In this document: positions 1 to 12,600 of the stretch, piece after piece
Layout of the letters: each line of letters opens with the position of its first letter
Position numbering within the stretch: position 1 is the stretch's first letter
Source of the DNA: Macrostomum lignano
Taxonomy: Eukaryota
DNA length: 64,000 bases
Direction: 5' to 3'
Assembly: GCA_002269645.1 (NCBI GenBank)
Contig: NIVC01001315.1
Span: 1-64,000, forward strand
Notes under the pieces: model-generated
Told to the model about the DNA's origin: nothing
What the model saw: only the letters and a program-made list of their open reading frames with translations
The model's database searches: none
Program-made: the position numbers and the translations under genes

Positions 1-619
1 TTTGCCAATGTAACGGAGCTTTCGTCTATGGTAGCAAGCCTGGCGGTCAGCAGGATTTAATTTGGTCCATAGCGGCTCCATAGTTTCAGCCTAAGATTTT
101 CATTTAGACGTGACTGCCACAGGCAGTAGGGACAAAAGCAATGCTTCATAATTGCAACTGCTGCGGAAGAGGAAGATCGGTCTCAAAATCGTGCATGGAC
201 CTGATGCTGGACTTTCGAACGAACGCCAAGGGCTGTGATTGAAGCGGTGTTTTGACCATGCTAAAATGCTCTTAGCTTTTGCTATAGTTGAGCAGATTGA
301 ATTTTTATGTCACCTTGTATTGGTAACATTGAAATTTGCTCAACTAAATCGCATTGCACAGCTGTAACACCTGATTGGGTTTCACGGCCGCCATGGACCA
401 AATTAGATGCTGCTGTAAGACGAAAGCTACATTACTTTGGCAAACATATCTTGGATTAAATTCAATTCGTTAAGCCCACAAGTGGGCTGAAAAAGCTATA
501 TTGCAGATGAGGTACCTCAGTGTCTGTTTGTCATTACCAGGCCAAAACATACGCGACAGCGGGAAATCAGTAAGTTAAGTCAATACGCATTGGTGAGCCA
601 TAAAAGCAACAATAATCCA

Positions 620-3600
620 TTACCGAAACGCACTTTTTACACAAAAGAACTTCCTCCGCGTGGTGTCCGAACACGCTGTGCGGTTGGCGTGGACTTTGAC
701 ACCGTAGTGCGTGTCAAGGCCAAGGTAGAAACAGTTTCGAGCTAGCAGCTCCTCAGCGGTCATGGTACTGGAGAACTTTTCATAGTTGCTTCCAGCAGGC
801 ATGACGCTCCCGTCAAGCAGCTGAGGAAGCAGCTCAATCCAGCTGTGAACGCCAATGTTGAGCTCTTTTCGGCTTACAAAATAGTGAGTCCAGTCTGCAA
901 TTTTTAATGGTGTTGACTGAGCGACTATGCCAAGCGCCTAAACTAGCATTCAGTTTCATAAACCTGAGATGTCTGACTCTGAGACGGTGTGTGGTCAAAT
1001 AGCAGTTTATTTGAAAAATCGCTATTGATCTTTTGAGCTTGTAAGTGTACGCTAGCTTCTCTGCTAAGCTTTGCCATAGACGGAGGCCATAGAAAATCTT
1101 TTGCGTAAGAAAAATGACAGAGCATGCATAGACTCTGAGACTGATCTAACGTTAAAATTTCTTATGGACCATAGCAGCTGCATAGTTAAGAAACCGTCAA
1201 TGACCTGCAAGTTTGAAGAAGAAATTCGTCTTCGGATCATCCAGTGCTATTACCGAAATTTTTCAAATAAACTGGTATTTGACCACACATGTCTCAGAGT
1301 CTATGCTCCTTAAGATTTTTTAAAGCAAAATATTGACTATGGCAGCTGTGTATGGCAAAGCTTGGCAGAAAAGACACTTCTGTGCTCAATAACTCGCCTC
1401 TGGAGCAATTTTTCGCAACCAAATGTTTGTGGGAAAAACTTACAAATGTTTACTGTGGACCTGTTAAATTACTGTGCTAGGCCTAACTGCTAACTCACAG
1501 TGAGCGCACAAAGTGTTACCCTTTTTTTTGGGACACCCGTTATAAGCATTCTTAAGCAGTATTAAGCCAAGGAGTTCTATAATTAGCAACCTGGAATGGA
1601 AACAAGTTTTTCAGTTTTACCTCGAGGCCAGACTAGCATAGACAGAGCCATAGACATTCAGTGCTGGCTCCTTGTTCTTTACAATTGGCGTGGCCTCATG
1701 AGGTAAAACTCGTTTCCGCTCTAGATTGCTAATCATAGAACTCCTGGACTTAAGCTTTACTTTCGAAATATACAAGTTGTAAAAACTTATATGCATAAGA
1801 GTTTTTTATTTATTGAAGTCGGCCATAGATAATTGCAGCGGGCGGGCTGCCGTCTTTAAAGAATAAAAATGATAAAATGATTCATCCATGGCTGCCCTGC
1901 ATTTCACCCCGTTTCAACAGCCTGGGCTAACTATAACTGTCTATGCCAATTTTAGGGTTAGTGAAGGCTAGGGTTCATGAAATCGGATTGCCAGCAGTTC
2001 AGTATATTGAAATTTCGAATATGTGAAAGGAAACCTTGTAGAAAAATAGGTGTGCTATCCAAATGTCTATCCAATACTGGCATAAGTTCTGCTTTAAAAG
2101 GTTGCAATAGACCTGATCTCTACATTAAAGGCGTAGTAGTTTGAAGATCAATAGAATGACAGTTTTTATTCAAATGGAAGCACTCACACTTGAAGAAGTG
2201 CTCCTTCATGATGTCCAACTCATTTTCGTCCATGGGAAACCAAAGCACGGAGTTCTGATGGGCGCAGAGCTCGGCGGAGCCGGTCCAGGCCAGCATGTCG
2301 GTGCTGCGCAGGTAGGGCGCGTAGCAGGAGCCGCGGTAGCCGAACCAGCCCGGGCTGCAGGGGGTGCCGTCTGGGAGGAAAGGGTTTGATAAAGCTTTAC
2401 TTATTATAGGGGTAGCTCAAATCCCCTGAGTTGTGTATACCATCTGGTCTAAGAATAAGTTTTAGCCTAGTGGTTAGAGCGTCTAATTCACGACTGAAAG
2501 GTCGGGGGTTCGATTCTCGACACACCCAGAGCAATTGTGCCCTTGAGCAAGACAGTTGCTTCAGTTCACCCAGCTGTAAAATGGGTACTAGCATTAGCTG
2601 GGGTAACTGAGGCTGTGTGTGGCGACCCCAGGTCCATGGACTGAACAGCTGTAAGCAGCCTTCAGATGCGCTGCGCAATAGCTGCGGCTGAGCTGCCGGT
2701 TGCACATCTGCCCATTAGGGCAGGTGTAATCAATTATTATTATGTTTTTTAGTCTAATAAGCGTTTGATCGAATTACCTGCTGCAGGGACCTGGGGTTTC
2801 AGCCATGAATTGCATCGTTATTATCCCGTGTCATTTGTAGGAGCTGCAGGGACCTGGGGTTTCAGCCATGAATTGCATCGTTATTATCCCGTGTCATTTG
2901 TAAGAGCTAAACCAATTCATTATTTATTAAGGAGTTCGATAAATTTGATGGCCCCGCTTGCGTTCCTGTCAAACTGAGCTGCTCAAAGTAGTTCGGAAGC
3001 TTACCGATCATGCTGCAGAAAACTCTTGTTCCACTATCAGGGGCCGTGGAGGTGTTAAAGGTGCCTGTCAACTGGTAGAAGTTGCTCTCGTAGACATCCG
3101 CATCTTCCTGCTGCTCCTTGCACGAGCGGAACTTTTTCACCTGCGTGGCCAGCGTGAAGATGTTGTAAATGCTGCCCGCTCCTCCGCAACTCTCGTTTGA
3201 TGCTCGGCACTCGAAGTTGCACTGAGCCTGCGGCACCTGACTGGCGTTTTGAATGACATCGCTCAGGCAGGTGCATGTGACGTTGCGGATCATAGCGTAC
3301 AGGCTGCTGGGGAAGGCCTTGCAGTAGGACTTGCAGGCGGCTGAGCTAAGCAGCTGCATGGCGGTCTCAGACACCACGAGGAGCGGCGGGATCGATGCGA
3401 CAGAGTAGCAGCCGTCTGCAAAGAGCAGCGAACGCTTCTTAAGCAAGTGCTACAGAATAACTTAGCAATAAGCATTGTTAACGGAGCGCATTCTGAAAGC
3501 CTATGGACTTCTGTGCATCCCAATAAATAAATAATTTAAAATATCAGCATATTAGCTCTTATTAGCTAGTATCAGTTTTATCTAAAAAAAGGTTAAGATT

Positions 3601-6600
3601 TTTTTCTGCGGGTCAAAAGTTAACTTTTTGGCTTTGAACCAATCACTTTCCAGACTAACTCTGCCCAACGCTGCATGCAACAAGCGGGCGCCCTCACCAA
3701 ACGAGTCGTACACAGAGAAGAAGCCCCAGGGCCCGCTGTCAGCCGTGGCATTTCCGCCACAGAACTCGGACGCGTTGCACAGCGACAGGCAGCGGAAGTT
3801 CCTGGCCTCCAGCAAGCCCCGGCTCAGCACGAACGGAATCGTCTCGTTGGACTCCTGGTCGGGAACGATGCCAGTGAGGTTCAGGCTGAAGCAGTAGCAG
3901 CTGCTGTAGTTGGCGGCGGCCATTTGGAATTTCTGGGTGTAGCAGGCCCGCCTGCAGTCGCTGACTGACATCGGGGCTGGGAGGCTGCTTTGCAGATGAG
4001 TGCTTGAGCCGCTCAGCCGTTCCAAGATTTCAGGCCACGTGAAGCAGCCGCGATAATAGGACTGGTCTGCGGTGGAGCGGATTGGGTAATGGGACTGGTC
4101 TGCGGTGGAGTGAATTGGGTAATGGGACTGTTCTGAGTTGGAGCGGATTGGGTAATGGGACTGGTCTGCGGTGGAGCGGATTGGGTAATGGGACTATTCT
4201 GAGTTGGAGTGGATTGGGTAATGGGACTGGTCTGCGGTGGAGCGGATTGGGTAATGGGACTGGTCTGAGTTGGAGCGGATTGGGTAATGGGACTGGTCTG
4301 AGTTGGAGCGGATTGGGTAATGGGACTGATCTGCGTTGGAGCGGATTGGGTAATGGGACTGGTCTGCGGTGAAGCGGTGGAGTGGAGTAGTCCTACAGCG
4401 ATACAGGAGCAGAAAAAAAGGACTCAAGACTGACCTTCCCTAATCGCTACAACTCAACCTTGCCGAATGACGAATACCGACCGAATAATCTATCCTCGCC
4501 TCGTAGCGAACTACTAATTCTGTGTAAACTGTTTATTTGTTTATTTAAACCCCTGTCGTTGCTAACCATGCGGGAAAATCACCCCTTCTTCGGCAGGGAC
4601 GAACAGTTATGACATCTGTAAAATAGACACATATAAATCCCAAATCCCAAATCCTGAATTCTTAATCCCGGATCCCCAATCCCAAATTCTTAATCCCGGA
4701 TCTTATATCGCGGATCCCAAACTGCACTGGAATATTTCAATGTACTTACATTGGCACGTGTTCAAGTCGATTGCAGTAGTAAAGTTTAAGTTTTGTGTCC
4801 AAATCATTGTACGAATCCTGAATAAAAATACGCGGGCTAAGGCTTATTCCGGTGTCCAGTCTAAAAGATGACGTTATGAGTAAATGTACATTTCCTTACT
4901 TTCTGTTCCAGTCAAACGAGTTCCTGCATTCGTTTTCGATTTCCTGGTCGAATCGCCGTCCCTTGTAGCCGCTCAGGCAGCGAAAGCGCACCGAGAAGCC
5001 GTCAACGACCTCCTGCCTGTCAGCTGTTGGCGCCGGGGAGATAAGCCAGGACTGTGGGCCCGGCTGCGCGTGCTGCGTCCAGCAAAGCGGAGCTGGCGGA
5101 GGAGGAATCTCGGTTGAATGAATTTTTTTCAACTTCAAGACTGGACAATAAAGCGGGTTAGCTAATTTGCAGTTTTCTATGCAAATGCATTGACAAGATA
5201 CGAAATTATCAGCTTTTCCAATTCACTGTACCCTTGTATTGTATTTGAGCAAGACACTGACTCTGCATTGCTTCAGTTCACCCAGCTGTACAATAAGTGC
5301 CCAGCATTAACTGGGGTAATTGAGGGCGTGTGTTGCGACCTCCCAGTCCTTAGAATGAACAGGCTGAGCTGTCCGTTGCACATTTGCCCATTTAGGACAG
5401 GAGTAGTCTATTATTATATTATTATTATTATTGTTGTTGTTATGACTATTATGATTATTATTACTTCTACTACAACTGCAGTCTCTACAGAAATTTCACA
5501 CACGTTCACACAGTCCCAGCAACCCTTTATAGTTGAGCATAAGTACCTTTACAGTGAGGGAGCGCGACAGTCTCTGTGTTGCTAGGGAATGTGGTTGACG
5601 TTAGAAACCGATTATCCAATGAATAGTAAGTCGCTATCCAGGTACCACCGGAGGTGCAGACCAGCTTGGCTCGCGCTGAACCGAAGACAGAGGGCCACGG
5701 CCTGTAGAAATCTAAGTTCGGGTTCGAGCAGTTCACCTCTATGGTCGCTCCGGTCGTGAAGTTGAAGGTGGAGTTCAGGCCCGGGTTCAGTATCGCGTAC
5801 GAGTGCGTGGGGTCGAACTGGGGCTCCTGGGGACACGTGATCACTGGAACAGGTGGGGCGGGTTCTGAGTCACTGCGGCACTAAATTTGCACACGTGAAA
5901 ATACGCAGTTTTCATGCTTTTCTCGCTCAAAGTTCCGCGTACTAATCAGCACATTAATCAGCACACTAATCAGCACACTAATCAGCACACTAATCAGCAC
6001 ATTAATCAGCACACTAATCAGCACACTAATCAACACACTAATCAGCACACTAATCAGCACACTAATCAGCACACCAATCAGCACACTAATTAGCACACCA
6101 ATCAGCACACCAATCAGCAAACTAATCAGCACACCAATCAGCACACCAATCAGCACACTAATCAGCACATTAATCAGCACACTAATCAGCACACCAATCA
6201 GCACACCAATCAGCACACTAATCAGCACACCAATCAGCACACTAATCAGCACACCAATCAGCACACTAATCAGAACACTAATCAGCACACCAATCAGCAC
6301 ACTAATCAGCACACCAATCAGCACACCAATCAGCACACTAATCAGCACACCAATCAGCACACCAATCAGCACACTAATCAGCACACCAATCAGCACACTA
6401 ATCAGAACACTAATCAGCACACCAATCAGCACACTAATCAGCACACCAATCAGCACACTAATCAGCACACCAATCAGCACACTAATCAGCACACTAATCA
6501 GCACACTAACCAGCACTGCAATCAGCACACTAACCAGCACACCAATCAGCACACCAATCAGCACACTAACCAGCACACCAATCAGCACACCAATCAGCAC

Positions 6601-9600
6601 ACTAATCAGCACACTAATCAGCACACTAACCAGCACTGCAATCAGCACACTAACCAGCACACCAATCAGCACACCAATCAGCACACTAACCAGCACACCA
6701 ATCAGCACACCAATCAGCACACTAATCAGCACACTAATCAGCACACCAATCAGCACACTAATCAGAACACTAATCAGCACACCAATCAGCACATCAATCA
6801 GCACACTAATCAGCACACCAATCAGCACATCAATCAGCACACTAATCAGCACACCAATCAGCACATCAATCAGCACACCAATCAGCACACCAATCAGCAC
6901 ACTAATCAGCACACTAATCAGCACACCAATCAGCACACTAATCAGAACACTAATCAGCACACCAATCAGCACATCAATCAGTACACTAATCAGCACACCA
7001 ATCAGCACACTAACCAGCACACCAAACAGCACACTAACCAGCACACTAACCAGCACACCAATCAGCACACCCTAATCAGCACACCAATCAGCACACACTA
7101 ATCCGCACACCAATCAGCACACCAATCAGCACACACTAATCAGCACACACTAATCAGCACACCCTAATCAGCACACACTAATCAGCACACCAATCAGCAC
7201 ACCCTAATCAGCACACCAATCAGCACACTAATCAGCACACTAATCAGCACACTAATCAGCACACTAATCAGCACACCAATCAGCACACCAATCAGCACAC
7301 CCTAATCAGCGCACTAATCAGCACACCAATCAGCACACCCTAATCAGCACACCAATCAGCACTCTAGTAAGCAATAGTACAGAAAACAATCATTGAGCCC
7401 AGAAAACAGGAACTGAAAGTAGAAAGCAGGCCGCTAAGTCAAGTTCCTTGCCTTCGCACTCGAGACTCGGCTCCGCGATGATCTGCGGCGACAGCGTGGT
7501 GTCGGGGCCGTTGCCGACGCTCCAAAACGTCACCAGCCAGCCATCAAAAGTGCACGTCAGGTTCGCATAGTTGACCAGGCCATTTGGCACGCCCGAAATC
7601 CGATAGCCGACGGTTGGGCTGTTGCAGCTGTAAGTTACGTTGGCGTTGTAAGAGTTCTTCTGGTCCAGGACGCCCAGGTCAGCGCTGGTCTCATTCATGG
7701 AGCTCGAATCGAACTCAGCACACCGGTGGGCTGAAATGTCCAGGTAAATTGATTTAAGCAGCGGATGAGCTGTCTCCATTCATCAATCCGAAGCAACACC
7801 CAGTTAAGACTCTGGTTAAATCTGTAGGCGCTGAAGTGATCAAGCTTAAACATCACAGTCAACCAATGAAAGTGCTCAAACAAGCAGAAGCTGAGAATGC
7901 GGCCCGGTCTCAGCTAACAGAAAGCAGTAAAGTACAATGGAAACATCTCCCAATGCGAAACGACTGAAAATGCCGGATAAAGATGATTTACGGGAGTCAA
8001 AGGCAGGATGCATCACTCACGAATGCACTGGGGCAGCACAGGCTGGACGTTGCCCAGCAGCTCCGGTGGCTGAACGGACTGCGGCCTGGTGTCGCCCTCC
8101 GTGAAGAAGGTCCTCGACCAGCCTTTGCCCTCCAGACAGTCGAGTCGCATCCAGTTGGACCTGTTCTCATTGTTAAAGTAGAACCCGCTCCCTTTTTTGC
8201 ATGTGACGTTCACGTGGCTGCCAACGGCTGACAGGGGCCCGGTGGGATCGCTCGATACGAAGCGATACTTTGTGTTGTCGATAAACAGGTTTGTGCACTT
8301 GGTGTCTGGAATCAAAGTTTGATAAGCTGTCTTGGCATTCGAAAAAACCGCAGTTAGTTTCTAAGCATTTTGATAACACTAGCTGTAAGAAATCACTTTA
8401 CAATGATGGATGTCGCTAACAGTTTTCGAGTTTTTAGTCAACTCGGGTTGAGGATAAACCCGTTCGCACCGTCTGTGTTAGATAGTGTAGCTTCTGCTAA
8501 GGTGTTTTCGCTGGGGTGTGCGCTTGGGTGTGCACTGGGGTGTGCACTGGGGTGTGCACTGGGGTGTGCACTGGGGTGTGCGCTGGGGTGTGCACTGGGG
8601 TGTGCACTGGGGTGTGCACTGGGTGTGCACTGGGGTGTGCACTGGGGTGTGCACTGGGGTGTGCACTGGGGTGTGCACTGGGGTGTGCGCTGGGGTGTGC
8701 ACTGGGGTGTGCACTGGGGTGTGTGCTGGGGTGTGCACTGGGGTGTGCACTGGGGTGTGCACTGGGGTGTGTGCTGGGGTGTGCACTGGGGTGTGCGCTG
8801 GGGTGTGCGCTGGGGTTAATGCCCTGCTAACGTTTTTGCTTTTTATCCGCTTGCTCTTATTTTACTCTAATCTCTTGGCTGGCTGGGTGCACCAACCCCC
8901 CTCCATATGCTGGCCGGGTGCACTAACCTCAACCCCCATATGCTGGCCGGGTGCACCAACCTGAAACCCCGTATGCTGGCCGGGTGCACCAACCTCAACC
9001 CCCATATGCTGGCCGGGTGCACCAACCCCAACCCCCATATGCTGGCCGGGTGCACCAACCTGAAACCCCGTATGCTGGCCGGGTGCACCAACCCCAACCC
9101 CCATATGCTGGCCGGGTGCACCAACCTGAAACCCCATATGCTGGCCGGGTGCACCAACCCCAACCCCCATATGCTGGCCGGGTGCACCAACCTCAACCCC
9201 CATATGCTGGCCGGGGCCGGGTAACCCTAAAGCGAGTAAAGAGCAGCTCAGTGCCTACCGAACGCATCATAGACGGACAAGAAGCCCAAGGCTCCGCTTT
9301 CGTCCGTGGCCTCGCCGCCGCAGAACTCCAACTCAGCGCACTCCGACAGGCAGCGAAAGTTGCGGTCTTCCAGTTCAGCCTTGCTGAGCACGAACGGAAC
9401 TGTCTCATTGGGGCCGAAGCTTCCCGCCGAGCTGCTGCGGTTGAAGCAGTAGCAGCTGGCGGGCTTCGCCGCAGCCAACTGAAAACTCTTGTAATAGCAG
9501 GTGCTCCTGCAAGCACTGACGGAAATCGGTTGCGTCAAGTTGTCCATGAGGTGGGCGCTGGAGCCGTTCAGTCTGTCCTGGATTTCTTGCCAGGAGAAGC

Positions 9601-12600
9601 AGCCGCGGTAAAAGGACTGGTCTGCAGTGTTTCAGGAGAGATAAAGTAGGTCAATAGAAGGCCCACGTCAGGGTGGGGGGCCGTAGCCCAGCGGTCTAGC
9701 GCAGGCTCTGGTGTGCCAGCGACCCAGGCTCGATTTCAAGTGCAGCCACATTAATTTGGGGCTGAATTGGAATCTCGGCTTGGCTCTGCTCGTGCAATTA
9801 ACGGCCTTGAGAGCCAACCCCCCAAGGCGCAGTGAAGTGTACATGCCTAACGATATTATAAAGTTAGGGCCGCTGTACACTCCTGTGTGAGTGTGTGCCT
9901 GCGTACGTATCCGCGCGCTTGTATGCCTGCTCAGGGGAGTCGGCGGAATGGGCAGTAATGCCTCTCGCCGGTTGTGTGCCTATGTCGCTTAAAGTGCGCC
10001 AGGGTGCACACAACCCCCCTGCCTCTAATAAATAGGCCCACGTCAAGATACTCGACTGCAAAATAGACACTCACGCAGGCATATGTTCGGGTCGGAACCG
10101 GCGGTGAAGTTGTCGTCCTGTGACCATGACATCACTTCGCAGCTGCAGGTTTAAAAATGTATGCTCTTTAAATGCGTTCTGGGGGCATAGCAGCTGGAAG
10201 GTCCATTTTCTTACTTATTGATGGCGTCCATCTGCGCCTGGCACACGCTGCTGATCTCCTTGTCAAAGCGCCTGCCCGTGTAGCCGCTGAGGCAGCGAAA
10301 CCGCGCGGTGAAGCCCGCCGTCACCTCCGTTCTGTTGGCCGACGGAGCTGTCGAGACAAGACGGGACTGCGGGCCGGGCTGCGCCGGGTCCAGCCAGCAG
10401 ATTCGGTCTGCGAAATGGTTAGTTGTCATCCTTAAGTATATAAATACCTTAGGATATGAGGCGTTTTCTGAGTAGAAGATACTCATATTTCTTTCGGGCA
10501 GCATCCGTAATCCGAGACAGTACGTCAGATGTGGCATGATTTTAAATTCCATGAGTAGCAATGGAAAGAAACAATTGAAATTATTATAACAAACACCAGC
10601 TCCTAGATTGACGGGTGCTTGGCCCGAGACAAATGAGGATGGGACGAACTTTGCCACCTATTGGACGAAATGACCGACTGTAGATAATAACTCAGACGAA
10701 GTAACCGGGCAAGAACTGTCTGCAACCCCTGCTATGCATACCTGTGCAACGCGGCACAGCAACAACATCATCTGTGCTGAAGTTCCTGCGCTCCTGAACG
10801 ACCGATGGCTGGCCTAGAGAATAGATGGTGAGGTTCCAGGTGCCGGCCGGGGTGCACAGCAGCTCTGCTCGCCTAGAGCCGACTTCGCTCTTGCGGTAGA
10901 ACTCCTGCTGGCTGTTGGCGCAGGTCACTTCGAGCGTAGCATCGACCGAGAAGTTGACGCTGGAGTTCAGGCCGGCGTTCGTGAGCCGGTACACGTGACT
11001 TGAATCGTACTGCGGCATGGGCTGGCACCAAATCGTTGGAATGTCTTCAAAGCAGGGGTTATTAGCTCTTAGCTTTTTGAAAGACATTGTGCACTCTAAA
11101 ATAGACAACATACTCTCACATCAGCACATTCCAAGAAATCCAAATGCTAGGTACGTGGATGATAAAAACGACTGTTTCAGGGGATGGTGCACTCAAAAAG
11201 TAGACAAGAAAAAAATGTGGTTAAATAAATTTATCTTTACCTCTACATACTCAGGTTACACAAGGGTCTTGTCATAAACCTTTGCACACAAATCTTTAGA
11301 TAGCAGGGATCGTGCAAGTATCAGCCTTTTGTAACAGTATCAAAATCTGCGTCAATAAGACACGCCATCCTGACAGCATTCCATGTTATTTGGAGTTAAT
11401 TGGGAAACGTCATTCCCAAACAACGTCAAAGAAGACACGGCAGCCTGACTGCATTCCATGTTATTTGGAGTTAATTGGGAAACGTCATTCCCAAACAACG
11501 TCAAAGAAGACACGGCAGCCTGACTGCATTTCATGTTATTTGGAGTTGATAGGGAAACGTCATTCCCAAACAACGTCAAGGAAGACACGCCATCCTGACT
11601 GCATTCCATGTTATTTGGAGTTAATTGGGAAACGTCATTCCCAAACAACGTCAAGAAAACACGACCAGGGTTTGCCGGTTTCCAGTTGCCTACAGCTGGG
11701 ACAGGACGGAGTGAGGACGGGGCTGCCATGCGGCTTGCATCTACTCACGAATGCACTGGGGCAGCACAGGCTGGATGCTGCCCAGCAGCTCCGTTGGTTG
11801 AACGGACTGCGGTTGCGAGTCACCCCCGGTGAAGAAAGTCCTCGACCAGCCTTTGCCCTCCTCGCAGTCGAGTCGCAACCAGTTGGCCTGGCTGCTGTTC
11901 TCAAAGTAGGCGCCAGCACCAATTCTGCACGTGACGTTCACGTGGCTACCGAATGCCGTCGACAGTCCGTTTGGGTCGCTTGAGTTGTACAGATACTGGC
12001 CGAGGTCGATTGTCACGTTGGCGCACCGGCTGGCTGCAAGTGAGGATAGATTTGGTGAGCTGATTGCCTACGAAACCAATGCCAAAAGGTGAAGACCTGA
12101 GCATCCAGCATTAATTGGTTAGTTTCACGCTTGTTTAGGCCAACCCTGTGTGCTGTGTGCACCCTGGCGCACTTTAAGCGACATTGTCACACAATCGGCG
12201 AGAGGAATTACTGCCCATTTTGCCGACTCCCCTGAGCAGGCACACAAGCGCGCGGATACGTACGTAGTCATACATACAGGCACACACTCACACAGGAGTG
12301 CACAGCGGCCTTAACTTTTTTATCGTTAGGCATGTACACTTCACGAAATATCACAAACCCGAAATATCACAAACCCGAAATATCACAAACCCGAAATGGA
12401 ATTGACCCGAAATATCACAAAGCCGAAATATCGTAACTCCAAAAACCAAAATAGCGTTGGACATTGCTAGCACTTTCGGAGTTATAATATTTCGGGTTTG
12501 TGATATTTCAGGTTTGTGATGTTTCAGGTTTGTGATGTTTCAGGTATTATATATTATATATTTGATATTTGCACGATTTGCAAGTGCTGCGTCCTTCTAG

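Noticed and set aside
100-260. Additional terminal exon of the mosaic gene
   Set aside because: The phase-2 reading gives no recognisable domain or GPI signal; the in-frame stop at 620 is the simpler model.
2462-2525. Functional tRNA genes here and at 9675-9750
   Set aside because: The acceptor stem is poor and the sequence continues into a repeated body with a tail or TSD, which fits SINE heads.
4567-4615. Candidate micro-exon completing CCP module 8
   Set aside because: In-frame stop and wrong phase; 4817-4750 matches the paralog in length and motif.
5881-7068. 395-aa hydrophobic [11 protein letters not shown]
   Set aside because: Translation of a 12-bp intronic minisatellite; no compatible splice signals.
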